DNA from: Pseudomonadota bacterium
Lineage (GTDB): Bacteria; Pseudomonadota; Alphaproteobacteria; Caulobacterales; Caulobacteraceae
Length of the DNA stretch: 64,000 bases
Assembly (NCBI GenBank): GCA_019348195.1
Contig: JAHWJX010000001.1
Span: 36,091-100,090, forward strand
Direction: 5' to 3'
How positions within the stretch are numbered: position 1 is the first letter of the stretch; the number at the start of each line of letters is the position of its first letter. The translations under genes and the position numbers were made by a program. The notes beneath the pieces are model-generated. The model did no database searches. It saw only the letters and a list, made by a program, of their open reading frames with translations, and had not been told where the DNA came from. This document shows, piece after piece, positions 48,967 through 58,978 of the stretch.

Positions 48967-49939
48967 AGGCGTCCGGGATCGCTGAGAGCGTATCGCCCAC
49001 CGCCTCGGGGCCGACCACCAGGATGAAGCCGATGCCGCAATTGAAGGTGCGCCGCAGCTCCTCGTGAGTGATGCCGCCTTCCCGTTGCAGCCAGTCGAAA
49101 ACAGGCGGCAGAGTCCAGGCGCCCTCGTCGAAGCGAGCGCGCAAGCCGGGTGCGATCGCCCGGGGCGGGTTCTCGACCAGCCCGCCGCCGGTGATATGCG
49201 CGCCGCCCTTCAGCAGCCCGGCCTTGGCCAGCGGGAGCACGTCGGGCACATAGATGCGGGTAGGCTCCAGAAGCGCGTCGGCGAGCGCGCCGCCGCCGAA
49301 GGGCGCGGCGGCGTCCCACTTCAGTCCCGAGCGCTCCACCACGCGGCGGATCAGCGAATAGCCGTTGCTGTGCGGGCCGGAGGAGGGCAGGGCGACCAGC
49401 AGGTCCCCCGCTCTTTGCGCATCCAGCCAGGGCAGCACGGCGCCGCGCTCGACCGCCCCTAAGGCGAACCCGGCCAGGTCGTAGTCCCCTTCGGCGTAGA
49501 GGCCCGGCATCTCGGCGGTCTCTCCGCCGACCAGGGCGGCGCCCGCCCTGCGACAGCCTTCCGCGATCCCGGCCACCACCGAGCGGGCAACCGCCACGTC
49601 CAGCCGCGCCGTGGCGTAGTAGTCGAGGAACAGCAGGGGCTCGGCGCCCTGCGCCAGCAGGTCGTTGACGCACATGGCCACCAGGTCGATGCCGATGGTG
49701 TCGTGCCGGCCCGTGTCGATGGCGATGCGCAGCTTGGTGCCGACGCCGTCCGTCGTAGTCACCAGCAAGGGGTCGGCGTATCCGGCCGCCTTGAGGTCGA
49801 AGACCGCGCCGAAGCCGCCCAGCGACGGTTCCGCCCCGGCCCGGCCTGTGGCCGCAGCCAGCGGCTTGATCGCGTCCACCAGCGCCGCTCCGGCGTCTAT
49901 GTCCACGCCGGCGTCCGCATAGGTCAGGCCGTTGGTCAT
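48938..49939 (-). CDS. purM: phosphoribosylformylglycinamidine cyclo-ligase
   Basis: MTNGLTYADAGVDIDAG, GTDGVGTK-like TTDGVGTKL, GGETAEMPG. The ORF-track extension to 51031 is rejected. Confidence 0.94.
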   Translation of the reverse strand: MTNGLTYADAGVDIDAGAALVDAIKPLAAATGRAGAEPSLGGFGAVFDLKAAGYADPLLVTTTDGVGTKLRIAIDTGRHDTIGIDLVAMCVNDLLAQGAEPLLFLDYYATARLDVAVARSVVAGIAEGCRRAGAALVGGETAEMPGLYAEGDYDLAGFALGAVERGAVLPWLDAQRAGDLLVALPSSGPHSNGYSLIRRVVERSGLKWDAAAPFGGGALADALLEPTRIYVPDVLPLAKAGLLKGGAHITGGGLVENPPRAIAPGLRARFDEGAWTLPPVFDWLQREGGITHEELRRTFNCGIGFILVVGPEAVGDTLSAIPDAFVCGELSPA

Positions 49940-49987
49940 GCTGCGCTCGGTTGCAAAGTCGGGGGCGGTGCGGGCTATAGCGGCGGG

Positions 49988-51139
49988 ATGGAGCCGATCA
50001 CAACCACCGCCGAGCTGGAAGCGCTCTGCGCCCGCCTGTCCGGGGCGTCCTTTCTGGCGTTCGACACGGAGTTCATGCGCGAGACCACCTACTGGCCCAA
50101 GCTGTGCCTGATCCAGGTGGCCTCGCCGGACGAGGCCGCGATCATCGATCCCCTGGCCGACGACCTGGATCTCGAGCCGCTGCTGGCGCTGATGCGCGAC
50201 CCAGGGCTGATCAAGGTCTGTCACGCCGGCCGGCAGGACGTGGAGATCTTCAACAACCTCGGCGTGATCCCCCGACCCATCTTCGACAGCCAGATCGCGG
50301 CCATGGCGGCCGGCTTCGGCGAACAGGTCGCCTACGACGCCCTGGTCCGCCAGATGCTCCGTGTGGACCTGGACAAGAGCAGCCGGTTCACCGACTGGGC
50401 GCGGCGCCCCCTCAGCACCGCTCAGCTCAGCTATGCGCTGGCCGACGTGGTGCACCTGGCCGAACTCTACCCCCGTCTTCGCGAACGGCTGGAGACCAAA
50501 GGGCGCTTGGCCTGGGTGGCGGACGAGATGGCGGCGCTGGCCGATCCGGCCGCCTACAACCTGGACCCGGAAAACGCCTGGCGCCGGTTGAAGCCCCGAA
50601 AGTTCAGCGCCCGCTACCTTTCGGTGTTCCAGGCGGTCGCCGCCTGGCGCGAGCGCACAGCCCAGGCTCGAGACCAGGTCCGCGGCCGGCTGCTCAAGGA
50701 CGAGGCGATCGACGAGATCGCCGCCCAGGCGCCCACTGACCCGGCCGCGTTCGACCGCCTCCGCTCCGTGCCCAAAGGGTTCGGGGGCGGCAAGTTCGGC
50801 GCCGAGGTGGCCGAGGTGGTCAAGGCGGCCCTGCAGTCGCCCGAGACCAGGGCTCCCGTCGTGGACCGCCCACCGCCCGCCGCCCAGGCGCCCGGCGCGG
50901 TGGTGGAGCTGCTGAAAGTGCTGCTGAAGGCCCGGTCGGAGGAGGCCAACGTCGCCCCCAAGCTGATCGCCACCGTGCCCGAGCTGGAGAAGATCGCAGC
51001 CAGCGACAAGGCCGACAGCCCCGTGCTCCACGGCTGGCGCCGGGAGCTGTTCGGCGAGGACGCGCTGCGCCTGAAGCGCGGCGAACTGGCGCTCGTGCTG
51101 GACGGCTCGCGCGTCCGGGTGCGCGAGGTGACGCCCTAG
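49988..51139 (+). CDS. rnd: ribonuclease D
   Basis: DEDD exonuclease motifs LAFDTEFMRE, KVCHAGRQDVEIF, YALADVVHL. HRDC-like C-terminal half. Confidence 0.9.
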   Translation: MEPITTTAELEALCARLSGASFLAFDTEFMRETTYWPKLCLIQVASPDEAAIIDPLADDLDLEPLLALMRDPGLIKVCHAGRQDVEIFNNLGVIPRPIFDSQIAAMAAGFGEQVAYDALVRQMLRVDLDKSSRFTDWARRPLSTAQLSYALADVVHLAELYPRLRERLETKGRLAWVADEMAALADPAAYNLDPENAWRRLKPRKFSARYLSVFQAVAAWRERTAQARDQVRGRLLKDEAIDEIAAQAPTDPAAFDRLRSVPKGFGGGKFGAEVAEVVKAALQSPETRAPVVDRPPPAAQAPGAVVELLKVLLKARSEEANVAPKLIATVPELEKIAASDKADSPVLHGWRRELFGEDALRLKRGELALVLDGSRVRVREVTP

Positions 51140-52626
51140 GCTGTTCGCATCACCGGGGTCAGCTCCAGGTGCGCCGCCACGGCGCTCAGCCGTTTGCGTG
51201 TCTGCTCGCCCAGCAGCAGGTCGGCCGCCTCAGGCTCGGCCGTGAGCACCAGGTCGTGGGACTCGATCCGCAACCTCGAGCGGCCGAGCAGGGCGGCGCT
51301 CCGCCCGGAAAGATCGCAGCCCAGCCTTAGCGCCAAGCCCATGGCGCGGGCCCTGACCAGGCGCTCGGGCGACAGCACGCGCCCTATGGTGGACGCCTCC
51401 GGCATGGCCTCGTCGGCGCCGTAACGGTTGAAGATGGCGGCCGCCAGGAAGGCCCGCTCCCCGTGCGTCTGCCCCGCGATGGGCGCGCGCAGGACCTGGT
51501 TGAAGGCCAGCGCCCCCCGGTGGTCCGGGTGCAGCCGGGCGCCGATGTCGGCCAGTCGCGCCGCCGCCGCCAGCAGGGTGAAGCCGCGCTCCCCTCTGAA
51601 GGTGGGCGGAAGGGCGGCCAGCACGGGGGCCAGCCACTGCTCCAGGGCCTGCCCCAGCCCCTCCGCGACCCCCAGGCGCGCGCCCAGCGCCGCGCAGCCC
51701 TCCACAAGGGGATCGCGCGCGCGCAGCTCCGGCGGCATGGCGTCGTAGATCATCCCTTCCCTGACGCCGTAGGCGGAGAAGACCACCCGCTCGCAGCCCA
51801 GCCGCTCGATCACGGTCTCCAACAGCACGGCGGCGTGGGGCAGGGTTTCAAGACGCTTCCTGGATACGCCGGGCATACGCTCCAGCGAGCTCCGGGACTG
51901 CCGGGCGATCAGCCTGGCGAGCTCCAGCGCCTCGCGGGCGTCCAGCCGGTATTGGTGCACCACATGGAGCGGATAACCGGCCATGCGCATGTGCAGCAGG
52001 GCCAGGTTGCGCCAAGCGCCGCCGACGGCGTGGAAGACCTCCGTCCCGTAGCTGTCCGCTACCGTCTCCAGACGCTTCAGCGCTTCCTTGCGGGCGCGAC
52101 CCACGTCGTAGTCCTTGGCGGCCCCCATGGCGAAGGGGCCCAGCGGCAGGGTGACGCCCTGGCCGACCTCGCCCCCGCCGATGCGCATCAGCTCCAGGCT
52201 GGACCCGCCCAGGTCGCCCACCACCCCGTTCGCGCCCGGTGCGCCGGCGATCACGCCCAGGGCCGCCCAACGCGCCTCCTCCTCGCCGGACAGCACGTGG
52301 AGCTCAAGCCCGGCCTGCTCCCGCACGCGGGCCACGAAGTCCGGTCCGTCCTCCGCCTCACGGACCGCCGCCGTCGCCGCCGTATGGATCTCCGCAGGGC
52401 GCGCGCCGTCCAGCACCGCCCGGAAACGCCGCAAGGCGGCCAGCGCCGCGGCCGCGCCTTCAGGGTTCAGCCGGCGGCTCGCGTCCAGCCCGCGCCCTAG
52501 GCCCGCCAAGACCTTCTCGTTGTGAACGGTCCAGATGGCCCGGCCTTCGACGCGGTACAGCACCAGGCGAACGGAGTTGGACCCGACGTCGACGACCGCG
52601 ACGTCGCGAGGCTGCGGTGCGCTCAC
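51136..52626 (-). CDS. ppx: exopolyphosphatase (Ppx/GppA family)
   Basis: VVDVGSNSVRLVLY, DLGGSSLE. Follows ppk with a 4-nt gap. Confidence 0.92.
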   Translation of the reverse strand: MSAPQPRDVAVVDVGSNSVRLVLYRVEGRAIWTVHNEKVLAGLGRGLDASRRLNPEGAAAALAALRRFRAVLDGARPAEIHTAATAAVREAEDGPDFVARVREQAGLELHVLSGEEEARWAALGVIAGAPGANGVVGDLGGSSLELMRIGGGEVGQGVTLPLGPFAMGAAKDYDVGRARKEALKRLETVADSYGTEVFHAVGGAWRNLALLHMRMAGYPLHVVHQYRLDAREALELARLIARQSRSSLERMPGVSRKRLETLPHAAVLLETVIERLGCERVVFSAYGVREGMIYDAMPPELRARDPLVEGCAALGARLGVAEGLGQALEQWLAPVLAALPPTFRGERGFTLLAAAARLADIGARLHPDHRGALAFNQVLRAPIAGQTHGERAFLAAAIFNRYGADEAMPEASTIGRVLSPERLVRARAMGLALRLGCDLSGRSAALLGRSRLRIESHDLVLTAEPEAADLLLGEQTRKRLSAVAAHLELTPVMRTA

Positions 52627-52630
52627 GGGA

Positions 52631-54883
52631 TCAGCGCTTCGGGCCGACGTATTCGAAGGCGCGCGGCAGGTCCTTCACCTTCCGGCCCCGTCCGGACAGA
52701 CTGGGGTGGGTCATGAAGTACTCGTGGACCGAGAAGGCTTTCCCTCCCAGGTCCGAGTTGCGGCGGTGGTAGCTCCCGTCCGGCGACAGGTCCCAACTCT
52801 GCGCCTCGTCGTTCAGGTAGGCGACCATGATCTGGTCCAGCACCTGACGGTGCACGGTTGCGTTGAGGACCGGCACCAGGGTCTCGACGCGCCGGTCCAG
52901 GTTGCGCGGCATCCAGTCCGCAGAGGAGATGTAGATGCGGGCATGCGGGCCGGGCATGGCCTCGCCGTTGGCGAAGGCCACCACGCGGGAGTGCTCCAGG
53001 AAGCGGCCGACGATCGATTTGACGTGGATGGTCTCCGACAGCCCCGGCACGCCCGGGCGCAGACAGCACACGCCCCGCACCATGAGCTCGATCCGCACGC
53101 CGGCCTGGCTGGCCCGGTACAGGGCGTCGATGATGGTCGGATCAACGAGCGCGTTCAGCTTGGCCCAGATAGCGGCCGGCTTGCCGGCCTGAACGTTCTC
53201 CACCTCGCGCTCGATGCGGCGTATCAGCCGCGTCTTCAGGGTGATCGGGGAGAAGGCGAGCTTCTCCATGGTGTCCGGCACGGCATAGCCCGTGATGAAG
53301 TTGAACACCCGACTGGCGTCACGGCCCAGCCGCGGATCGTTCGTGAACAGAGAAAGGTCGGTGTACACCCGCGCCGTGACCGGATGATAATTGCCGGTGC
53401 CGAAGTGGCAGTAGGTGGACAGCGAGTCCCCCTCGCGCCGCACCACGACGCTGATCTTGGCGTGGGTCTTGTACTCCACGAAGCCGAAGACGACGTGCAC
53501 GCCCGCCCGCTCCAGGTCGCGCGCCCATTTCAGATTGGCCTCTTCGTCGAACCGGGCCTTGATCTCCACCAAGGCGGTGACGTTCTTGCCGTTCTCCGCC
53601 GCCTCGATCAGGGCGGCCACGATGGGGCTGTCCTTGCTGGTGCGGTAGAGCGTCTGCTTGATGGCGATCACGCAGGGATCAGTGGCCGCCTGGTGCAGGA
53701 AGTTCACCACCACGTCGAAGCTCTCGAAGGGATGGTGGACCAGGATATCCTTTTCGCGGATCGCGGCGAAGGCGTCCCCGCCGTGGTCGCGGATGCGCTC
53801 CGGATAGCGCGGCTCATACGGTTTGAACTTCAGGTCCGGCCGGTCCGGCGGGATCAACTGCACCAGCTGAGCCAGGCCCAGCATGCCGTCGATCACGACC
53901 ACGTCGTGCGGCTCCGCCTCGATCTGCTCCACGATGAAGGCCCGCAGGTCCGCCGGCATGTGCGCGTCTATCTTGATACGGACGACAGATCCCAGACGCC
54001 GCGTCTTGAGCAGGGCTTCGAACTCGCGGACAAGATCCTCCGCCTCCTCCTCCAGCTCGATGTCGCTGTCGCGGACGACGTTGAAGCTGCCCTTGCTGAT
54101 CACCTCCATGCCGGGGAACAGGTGGTCCAGGAACAAGGAGAGCACGTCCTCCAGCAGGATATAGCGCCGGACCCGCGCAGCCTGTTGCCCGCGCTCGTCG
54201 TGCGGGGAAGGGAGGCGCCAGAAGCGGTCCACCTGGGCCGGCACCGGCACCAGGGCGTAGAGGGTGCGCCCGTCCGTGCGGCGCCGCAGCTTCAGTGCGA
54301 CCGCGAAGCCCAGATTGGGAATGAACGGAAACGGGTGCGCCGGGTCGATCGCCAGCGGCGTCAGCACCGGGAAGAGCTTCTCCTGGAACTGCGTCAGCAG
54401 CCATTCGTGCTCGTGCGGATCGACCTCGTCGGAACCCAGCACATGGAGGCCCTCGCCCGCCAGCTCCGCGCGCAGGTCGCGCCAGCGGGCCTGCTGCCGC
54501 TCCATCAGCGCGGCGGCCGCCTCGTTCACCCGGTCCAGGACCTCATCCGGGGCCAAGCCGTCCTGGCTGAGCTTGCGCACGCCCTCGCGCACCTGTCCCT
54601 GCAGGCCCGCGACCCGAACCATGTAGAATTCGTCCAGATTGTTGGCCGAGATGGACAGGAAGCGGAGCCGCTCCAGCAGCGGATGACGCGGGTTCTCGCT
54701 CTCCTCCAGCACACGCTGGTTGAAGGCCAACCAGGTGAGCTCGCGGTTGAAGAAGCGCTCGGGCGAGGCCAGCAGCGCCTCGTCCAGCTCCAGCACGCGC
54801 GGCTTGGCGCTTCCGCGCTTCGGGGTTGGCGTCCGCAGCGCCATTTCGGCGGCGGGGGCGACGGTGTCGGCGTGCGCGGGCAT
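52631..54883 (-). CDS. ppk: polyphosphate kinase 1
   Basis: [34 protein letters not shown]. Two PLD-like HKD-type domains ([19 protein letters not shown]). Confidence 0.95.
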   Translation of the reverse strand: MPAHADTVAPAAEMALRTPTPKRGSAKPRVLELDEALLASPERFFNRELTWLAFNQRVLEESENPRHPLLERLRFLSISANNLDEFYMVRVAGLQGQVREGVRKLSQDGLAPDEVLDRVNEAAAALMERQQARWRDLRAELAGEGLHVLGSDEVDPHEHEWLLTQFQEKLFPVLTPLAIDPAHPFPFIPNLGFAVALKLRRRTDGRTLYALVPVPAQVDRFWRLPSPHDERGQQAARVRRYILLEDVLSLFLDHLFPGMEVISKGSFNVVRDSDIELEEEAEDLVREFEALLKTRRLGSVVRIKIDAHMPADLRAFIVEQIEAEPHDVVVIDGMLGLAQLVQLIPPDRPDLKFKPYEPRYPERIRDHGGDAFAAIREKDILVHHPFESFDVVVNFLHQAATDPCVIAIKQTLYRTSKDSPIVAALIEAAENGKNVTALVEIKARFDEEANLKWARDLERAGVHVVFGFVEYKTHAKISVVVRREGDSLSTYCHFGTGNYHPVTARVYTDLSLFTNDPRLGRDASRVFNFITGYAVPDTMEKLAFSPITLKTRLIRRIEREVENVQAGKPAAIWAKLNALVDPTIIDALYRASQAGVRIELMVRGVCCLRPGVPGLSETIHVKSIVGRFLEHSRVVAFANGEAMPGPHARIYISSADWMPRNLDRRVETLVPVLNATVHRQVLDQIMVAYLNDEAQSWDLSPDGSYHRRNSDLGGKAFSVHEYFMTHPSLSGRGRKVKDLPRAFEYVGPKR

Positions 54884-54918
54884 TCCCCCGATTTGGCGCG
54901 CACAGGTTACGAAAGCAA

Positions 54919-55560
54919 TCAGTCGGACACCTCGCCCGCGGCTTCCAAAACCTCGCGGGCCAGCGCCCGGGTCACCGGCCGGTGCAGGGCGGCGGCCTCC
55001 TCGTCCAGCCGCTCCACCAGCGCCCGGGCCTGCGGGACGGACCTTTCGATGCGTCTGACGAGGTAGGGGATCAGATCCTCGGGCGGGGTGATGCTGCGTT
55101 CGGCGAACAACCGCGCCAGCACCCCCGAGAGCACCAAGTCGTCCGGCTCCTCGATCTCGGCCACGGCCAGTGCGTTCAGCCGCGAGCGGAGGTCAGGCAG
55201 ATGCGCCGGCCAGCCGGCCGGGCGGGCCCTGGCGGTCAGCAGCAGGCCATGGCCCTCCGCCGCGCGGTTAAGCAGGTGGAAGAGCACCTCCTCCGACCCG
55301 CACCGGTCGGCGTCCTCCAGCAGCACCGGTCCCCCAGACGTGCGCCCGTCCCAGGCGACCGCCCCGGTTCGCGCCACCCAGATCGCGGCGAGGTGGCTCT
55401 TTCCCGACCCCGCGGGACCGACCAGGCACAGGGCGCCGCCCGGCCATGCCGGCCACGCGTCCACCGCGCCCAAAGCCTCCGCATTGGCCGGAGACACCGC
55501 GAAGTCCGATCGGCCGGAGCGCAGCGCGCGATCCAGCCTGAGACGCAACTGCCGTCCCAA
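54919..55560 (-). CDS. hdaA: DnaA-related regulatory inactivator HdaA
   Basis: 213 aa. AAA+ Walker [17 protein letters not shown]. DnaA-domain-III-like remainder with no DNA-binding domain. Confidence 0.8.
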   Translation of the reverse strand: MGRQLRLRLDRALRSGRSDFAVSPANAEALGAVDAWPAWPGGALCLVGPAGSGKSHLAAIWVARTGAVAWDGRTSGGPVLLEDADRCGSEEVLFHLLNRAAEGHGLLLTARARPAGWPAHLPDLRSRLNALAVAEIEEPDDLVLSGVLARLFAERSITPPEDLIPYLVRRIERSVPQARALVERLDEEAAALHRPVTRALAREVLEAAGEVSD

Positions 55561-55699
55561 ACCCAGCTCTCTGTTGGCGAGCCCGGACCCTAACAGAGCG
55601 TCCCCGGCCCGTCACCCAAGGTCGCTTCCTTGACAAAGGCGCCCGGCCCGTGGCCCCTCCGCCGCTCCGCCCACTCGCTCCCCGGCAAGCTCCCCGATC

Positions 55700-57472
55700 A
55701 TGCACGCCTATCGCACCCACACCTGCGGCGCCCTGCGCCGGACCGACGCCGGCCGGGCCGTGCGGCTTTCAGGCTGGATCCATCGCAAGCGCGACCACGG
55801 CGGGCTGATGTTCGTGGACCTCCGCGACCACTACGGCGTGACCCAGCTTGTGCTCGCCCCCGACAGCGAAGGTTTCGCCGTGCTGGAGCGGCTCCGGGCC
55901 GAGAGCGTGATCCGCATCGAGGGCGAGGTGGTGGCCCGCTCGCCCGAAACGGTGAACCCCAACCTGCCCACAGGCGAGATCGAGATCCGCGTCCGCGCCG
56001 CCGATGTCCTGTCTGAAGCGGCCGAACTGCCGGTCCCGGTGTTCGGCGAGCCCGATTATCCCGAGGATCTGCGGCTCAAGCACCGCTACCTCGACCTTCG
56101 CCGCGAGAACCTGCACCGAAACATCGTGCTGCGCTCGCAGGTGATCAGCTCCATCCGCCGCCGGATGACCGACGCCGGCTTCAACGAGCTCCAGACCCCC
56201 ATCCTGACCGCCTCCAGTCCCGAAGGCGCCCGCGACTTCCTGGTCCCCTCCCGCCTGCACCCGGGCGAGTTCTACGCGCTCCCCCAGGCGCCCCAGCAAT
56301 TCAAGCAACTGCTGATGGTGTCCGGCTTCGATCGCTATTTCCAGATCGCCCCCTGCTTCCGGGACGAGGACGCCCGGGCGGACCGCTCGCCGGGCGAGTT
56401 CTACCAGCTCGACCTCGAGATGAGCTTCGTCACCCAGGAGGACGTCTTCAACGCGCTCGAGCCCGTGCTCCACGGCGTGTTCGAGGAGTTCGCTCAGGGC
56501 AAGGCCGTCACCCCGTACCCGTTCCCGCGCATCCCCTACCGGGAGAGCATCGCCAAGTACGGCACCGACAAGCCGGACCTGCGCAACCCGATCCAGATGC
56601 AGGATGTCTCCGACCATTTCCGCGGCGCGGGCTTCGGCCTGTTCGCCCGCATCCTTGACGCGGACAGCAAGAACCGCATTTGGGCGATCCCCGCGCCCGG
56701 CGGCGGCGCCCGCGCCTTCGCCGACCGCATGAATTCCTGGGCCCAGGGCGAGGGCCAGCCCGGTCTCGGCTACATCTTCTGGCGCGAAGGCGAGGAGGGG
56801 GGGGCAGGGCCGATCGCCAAGAACATCGGCCCCGAGCTCACCACCGCCGTCCGGGACCAGCTAGGCCTGCAGGTGGGCGACGCCGCGTTTTTCGTCGCCG
56901 GCGACCCTGCCGCATTCTATAAGTTCGCCGGCTTGGCCCGCACCAAGGTCGGCCAGGAACTGAATCTCGTGGCCGAGGGCCGCTTCGACTTCTGCTGGAT
57001 CGTCGACTTCCCGATGTTCGAGTGGAACGAGGACGAGAAGCGCATCGACTTCTCGCACAACCCCTTCTCCATGCCGCAGGGCGAGCTGGAGGCGCTCAAC
57101 CGCCGGGACCCGCTCGACATCCTGGCCTATCAGTACGACATCGTGGTCAACGGGGTTGAGCTCAGCTCCGGCGCCATCCGGAACCACAAGCCGGAGATCA
57201 TGCTGCGCGCCTTTGAGATCGCCGGCTATGGGCCGGAGGTGGTGGAGGAGCAGTTCGGCGGCATGCTCAATGCCTTCCGCTACGGCGCCCCGCCGCACGG
57301 CGGCTCGGCGCCGGGGATCGACCGGATCGTCATGCTGCTGGCTGGCGCGCAAAATATCCGCGAGGTCATCGCCTTTCCGCTGAACCAGCAGGCGCGCGAC
57401 CTGATGATGAACGCCCCGGCGCCCGTGAGCGCGCGTCAGCTCAAGGAGCTGCACATCCGGGTGCAGCCGTAA
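55700..57472 (+). CDS. aspS: aspartate--tRNA ligase
   Basis: OB-fold N-terminus ([26 protein letters not shown]). Class II motifs [20 protein letters not shown]. Confidence 0.96.
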   Translation: MHAYRTHTCGALRRTDAGRAVRLSGWIHRKRDHGGLMFVDLRDHYGVTQLVLAPDSEGFAVLERLRAESVIRIEGEVVARSPETVNPNLPTGEIEIRVRAADVLSEAAELPVPVFGEPDYPEDLRLKHRYLDLRRENLHRNIVLRSQVISSIRRRMTDAGFNELQTPILTASSPEGARDFLVPSRLHPGEFYALPQAPQQFKQLLMVSGFDRYFQIAPCFRDEDARADRSPGEFYQLDLEMSFVTQEDVFNALEPVLHGVFEEFAQGKAVTPYPFPRIPYRESIAKYGTDKPDLRNPIQMQDVSDHFRGAGFGLFARILDADSKNRIWAIPAPGGGARAFADRMNSWAQGEGQPGLGYIFWREGEEGGAGPIAKNIGPELTTAVRDQLGLQVGDAAFFVAGDPAAFYKFAGLARTKVGQELNLVAEGRFDFCWIVDFPMFEWNEDEKRIDFSHNPFSMPQGELEALNRRDPLDILAYQYDIVVNGVELSSGAIRNHKPEIMLRAFEIAGYGPEVVEEQFGGMLNAFRYGAPPHGGSAPGIDRIVMLLAGAQNIREVIAFPLNQQARDLMMNAPAPVSARQLKELHIRVQP

Positions 57473-57735
57473 CCGGCCGCGCTCCCGCGGTTCGAACCTG
57501 CCGGAGAGGTGGGCCCGGTTCGAAATCCAAGGAAACGGCGACCGACGGTGCGCTAGCTTCCAGCGGGAGGGCGGTGGCGGCTGAACGGCTCCGGCTGGAC
57601 AGCGATCGCCGCGCCGGCGAGCGACCACCCCTGGAAGGGTCGAGGGCCGTTCGGAAATCCGGGTGCAGCTCGTTCCGGTGGCGCGGAGCCGGCGGGCCGC
57701 CGCGGCCACTCGGAGTGGGCTCAAGGAGAGAAGCC

Positions 57736-58002
57736 GTGCCAGCGAAATCGAAGGCTCAGCGGCAAGCGGCCGGGCGGCTCTGTCGGCCAAACCGGCTGAC
57801 GGGAAAGAAGAGCGGCCTCGGAGGCGCGTCAAATTCGATGGCGCACTCCATGAGCGAGCGTCAACTGGAACAGGTGGCCTCCACCGGCCAGAACGAGCAT
57901 CCGAACCCCCGTTGCGGCGCAGGGCTGAACCCGCCGGCCCGGGGCTCTATCGCTCCGGCGGGCGCGGCGGGCCCGGCGGCCGTGGCGGCCTCGGCAGGGT
58001 GA
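57736..58002 (+). CDS. small DUF3008-like protein, possibly damaged
   Basis: aaggagag SD 5 nt before GTG 57736. N-terminus (M)PAKSKAQRQAAG and central GASNSMAHSMSERQLEQVAST resemble the DUF3008 small-protein family as I remember it. The 3' end overlaps the convergent pentapeptide gene by 56 nt. Confidence 0.45.
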   Translation: MPAKSKAQRQAAGRLCRPNRLTGKKSGLGGASNSMAHSMSERQLEQVASTGQNEHPNPRCGAGLNPPARGSIAPAGAAGPAAVAASAG

Positions 58003-58882
58003 TCATGGCTCCGTGGGTGGTCACCTGCGTTCGGCCGTTCGGGCCGACGGTGACCGTCACGATCCGGCCGTCATGGCTGCGCGTGGTCACCGTGCGGATC
58101 TTGGAGATCGATCGCGCGCCGCACTCCCTGACGGTGAGGCCCCGGGGGGCGGAAGTCTCGGCGCTCCCGCAGGCCGCGTCCAGCTGCGCCTGGCGGAGCC
58201 CGCGCACCCGGGACAAATCGGCCGCACTTAGATTGACCCGCCGGAGGTTCGCCCCGCGCAGATCGGCCGCTCCGAACTCGGCGCCTGAGGCGTTGACCCC
58301 AGTGAGATCGGCCCCCGCGAAGCTGGCCCGGTCGAACTCGCCGCCGCTCAGGTTGGCCCCGGTGAAGTCGGCGCTGGCGAAATTGGCCCCGACCGCCTCC
58401 GTCCCGCTCAGGTTTGCGCCGTGCAGCTCCGCGCCGCTGAAGTTGGTCCGCCTGAGCGTGGTCCCCGAAAGATTGCTCGCCTTGAGCCCGGCCTTGCCAA
58501 CATCGGCGCCGGTGAAGTCGGCGCCGCTGAAGTTCACGCCGAGGCTCACGAGCCCGACGAGGTTGGCCCGGCTGAAGTCGGCGCCGCTCAGATTGGACCC
58601 GTTCAGCGTCGCGCCCGCCAGGTTCGCCCGGGTGAAGTCGGCGCCGCTGAACTGTACGCCCAGCATCTCGGCCCCGCGAAGGTCGGCGTCGGCCAGCACC
58701 GAACCTGAGAAGTTGCCGCCCCTGAACTTGGCGCCTTGGAGCTGCCTGCCGGAGAACTCGCAGCCCGAGCACGATCCCCCGAAGGTGATGGCGCGCGCCA
58801 CCTCCCGCTCGGCCGGAACCATCGCCTGGGCGGCTCCGGCGCAAAGAAGAAAGCTGAAAAGGGCGGCGCCGATACGCGACAT
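57947..58882 (-). CDS. secreted pentapeptide-repeat protein with a C-terminal extra domain and polyproline tail
   Basis: Signal peptide MSRIGAALFSFLLCAGAAQA. About 45 A(D/N)LxG-type pentapeptides (ANLSGADFSRANL..). C-terminal LPRPPRPPGPPRPPER. The ORF-track start at 58921 is rejected in favour of Met 58882. Confidence 0.85.
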   Translation of the reverse strand: MSRIGAALFSFLLCAGAAQAMVPAEREVARAITFGGSCSGCEFSGRQLQGAKFRGGNFSGSVLADADLRGAEMLGVQFSGADFTRANLAGATLNGSNLSGADFSRANLVGLVSLGVNFSGADFTGADVGKAGLKASNLSGTTLRRTNFSGAELHGANLSGTEAVGANFASADFTGANLSGGEFDRASFAGADLTGVNASGAEFGAADLRGANLRRVNLSAADLSRVRGLRQAQLDAACGSAETSAPRGLTVRECGARSISKIRTVTTRSHDGRIVTVTVGPNGRTQVTTHGAMITLPRPPRPPGPPRPPER

Positions 58883-58978
58883 GAACTGACCTGAACTTCG
58901 CCCACCCTCGCGAGGGGACAAGACCGAGGTAAGCCGCTCGCGTCGCCGACGCCACTTAATTCGCGGTAATCCGGTGGC

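Noticed and set aside
52535-55066. 843-aa ORF on the plus strand
   Set aside because: It is antisense to ppk and hdaA. It has no recognisable motifs and the same GC-driven composition.
57489-57528. tRNA-like GGTTCGAA T-loop motifs, possible tRNA or tRNA fragment
   Set aside because: The flanks do not form a T-stem, acceptor stem or anticodon arm. I found no cloverleaf by eye anywhere in the window.
58000-58900. Strongly periodic DNA with all six frames nearly open; considered as a tandem-repeat or CRISPR-like array
   Set aside because: The periodicity is the degenerate 15-nt pentapeptide-repeat coding pattern. There are no exact direct repeats with unique spacers.
58956-58970. TTAA-N7-TAAT between the two pentapeptide genes, resembling a CtrA box (TTAA-N7-TTAA)
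   Set aside because: The second half-site is not TTAA. It is a single occurrence, and it is only meaningful if the host is a CtrA-using lineage, so it could easily be chance in an AT-richer spacer.
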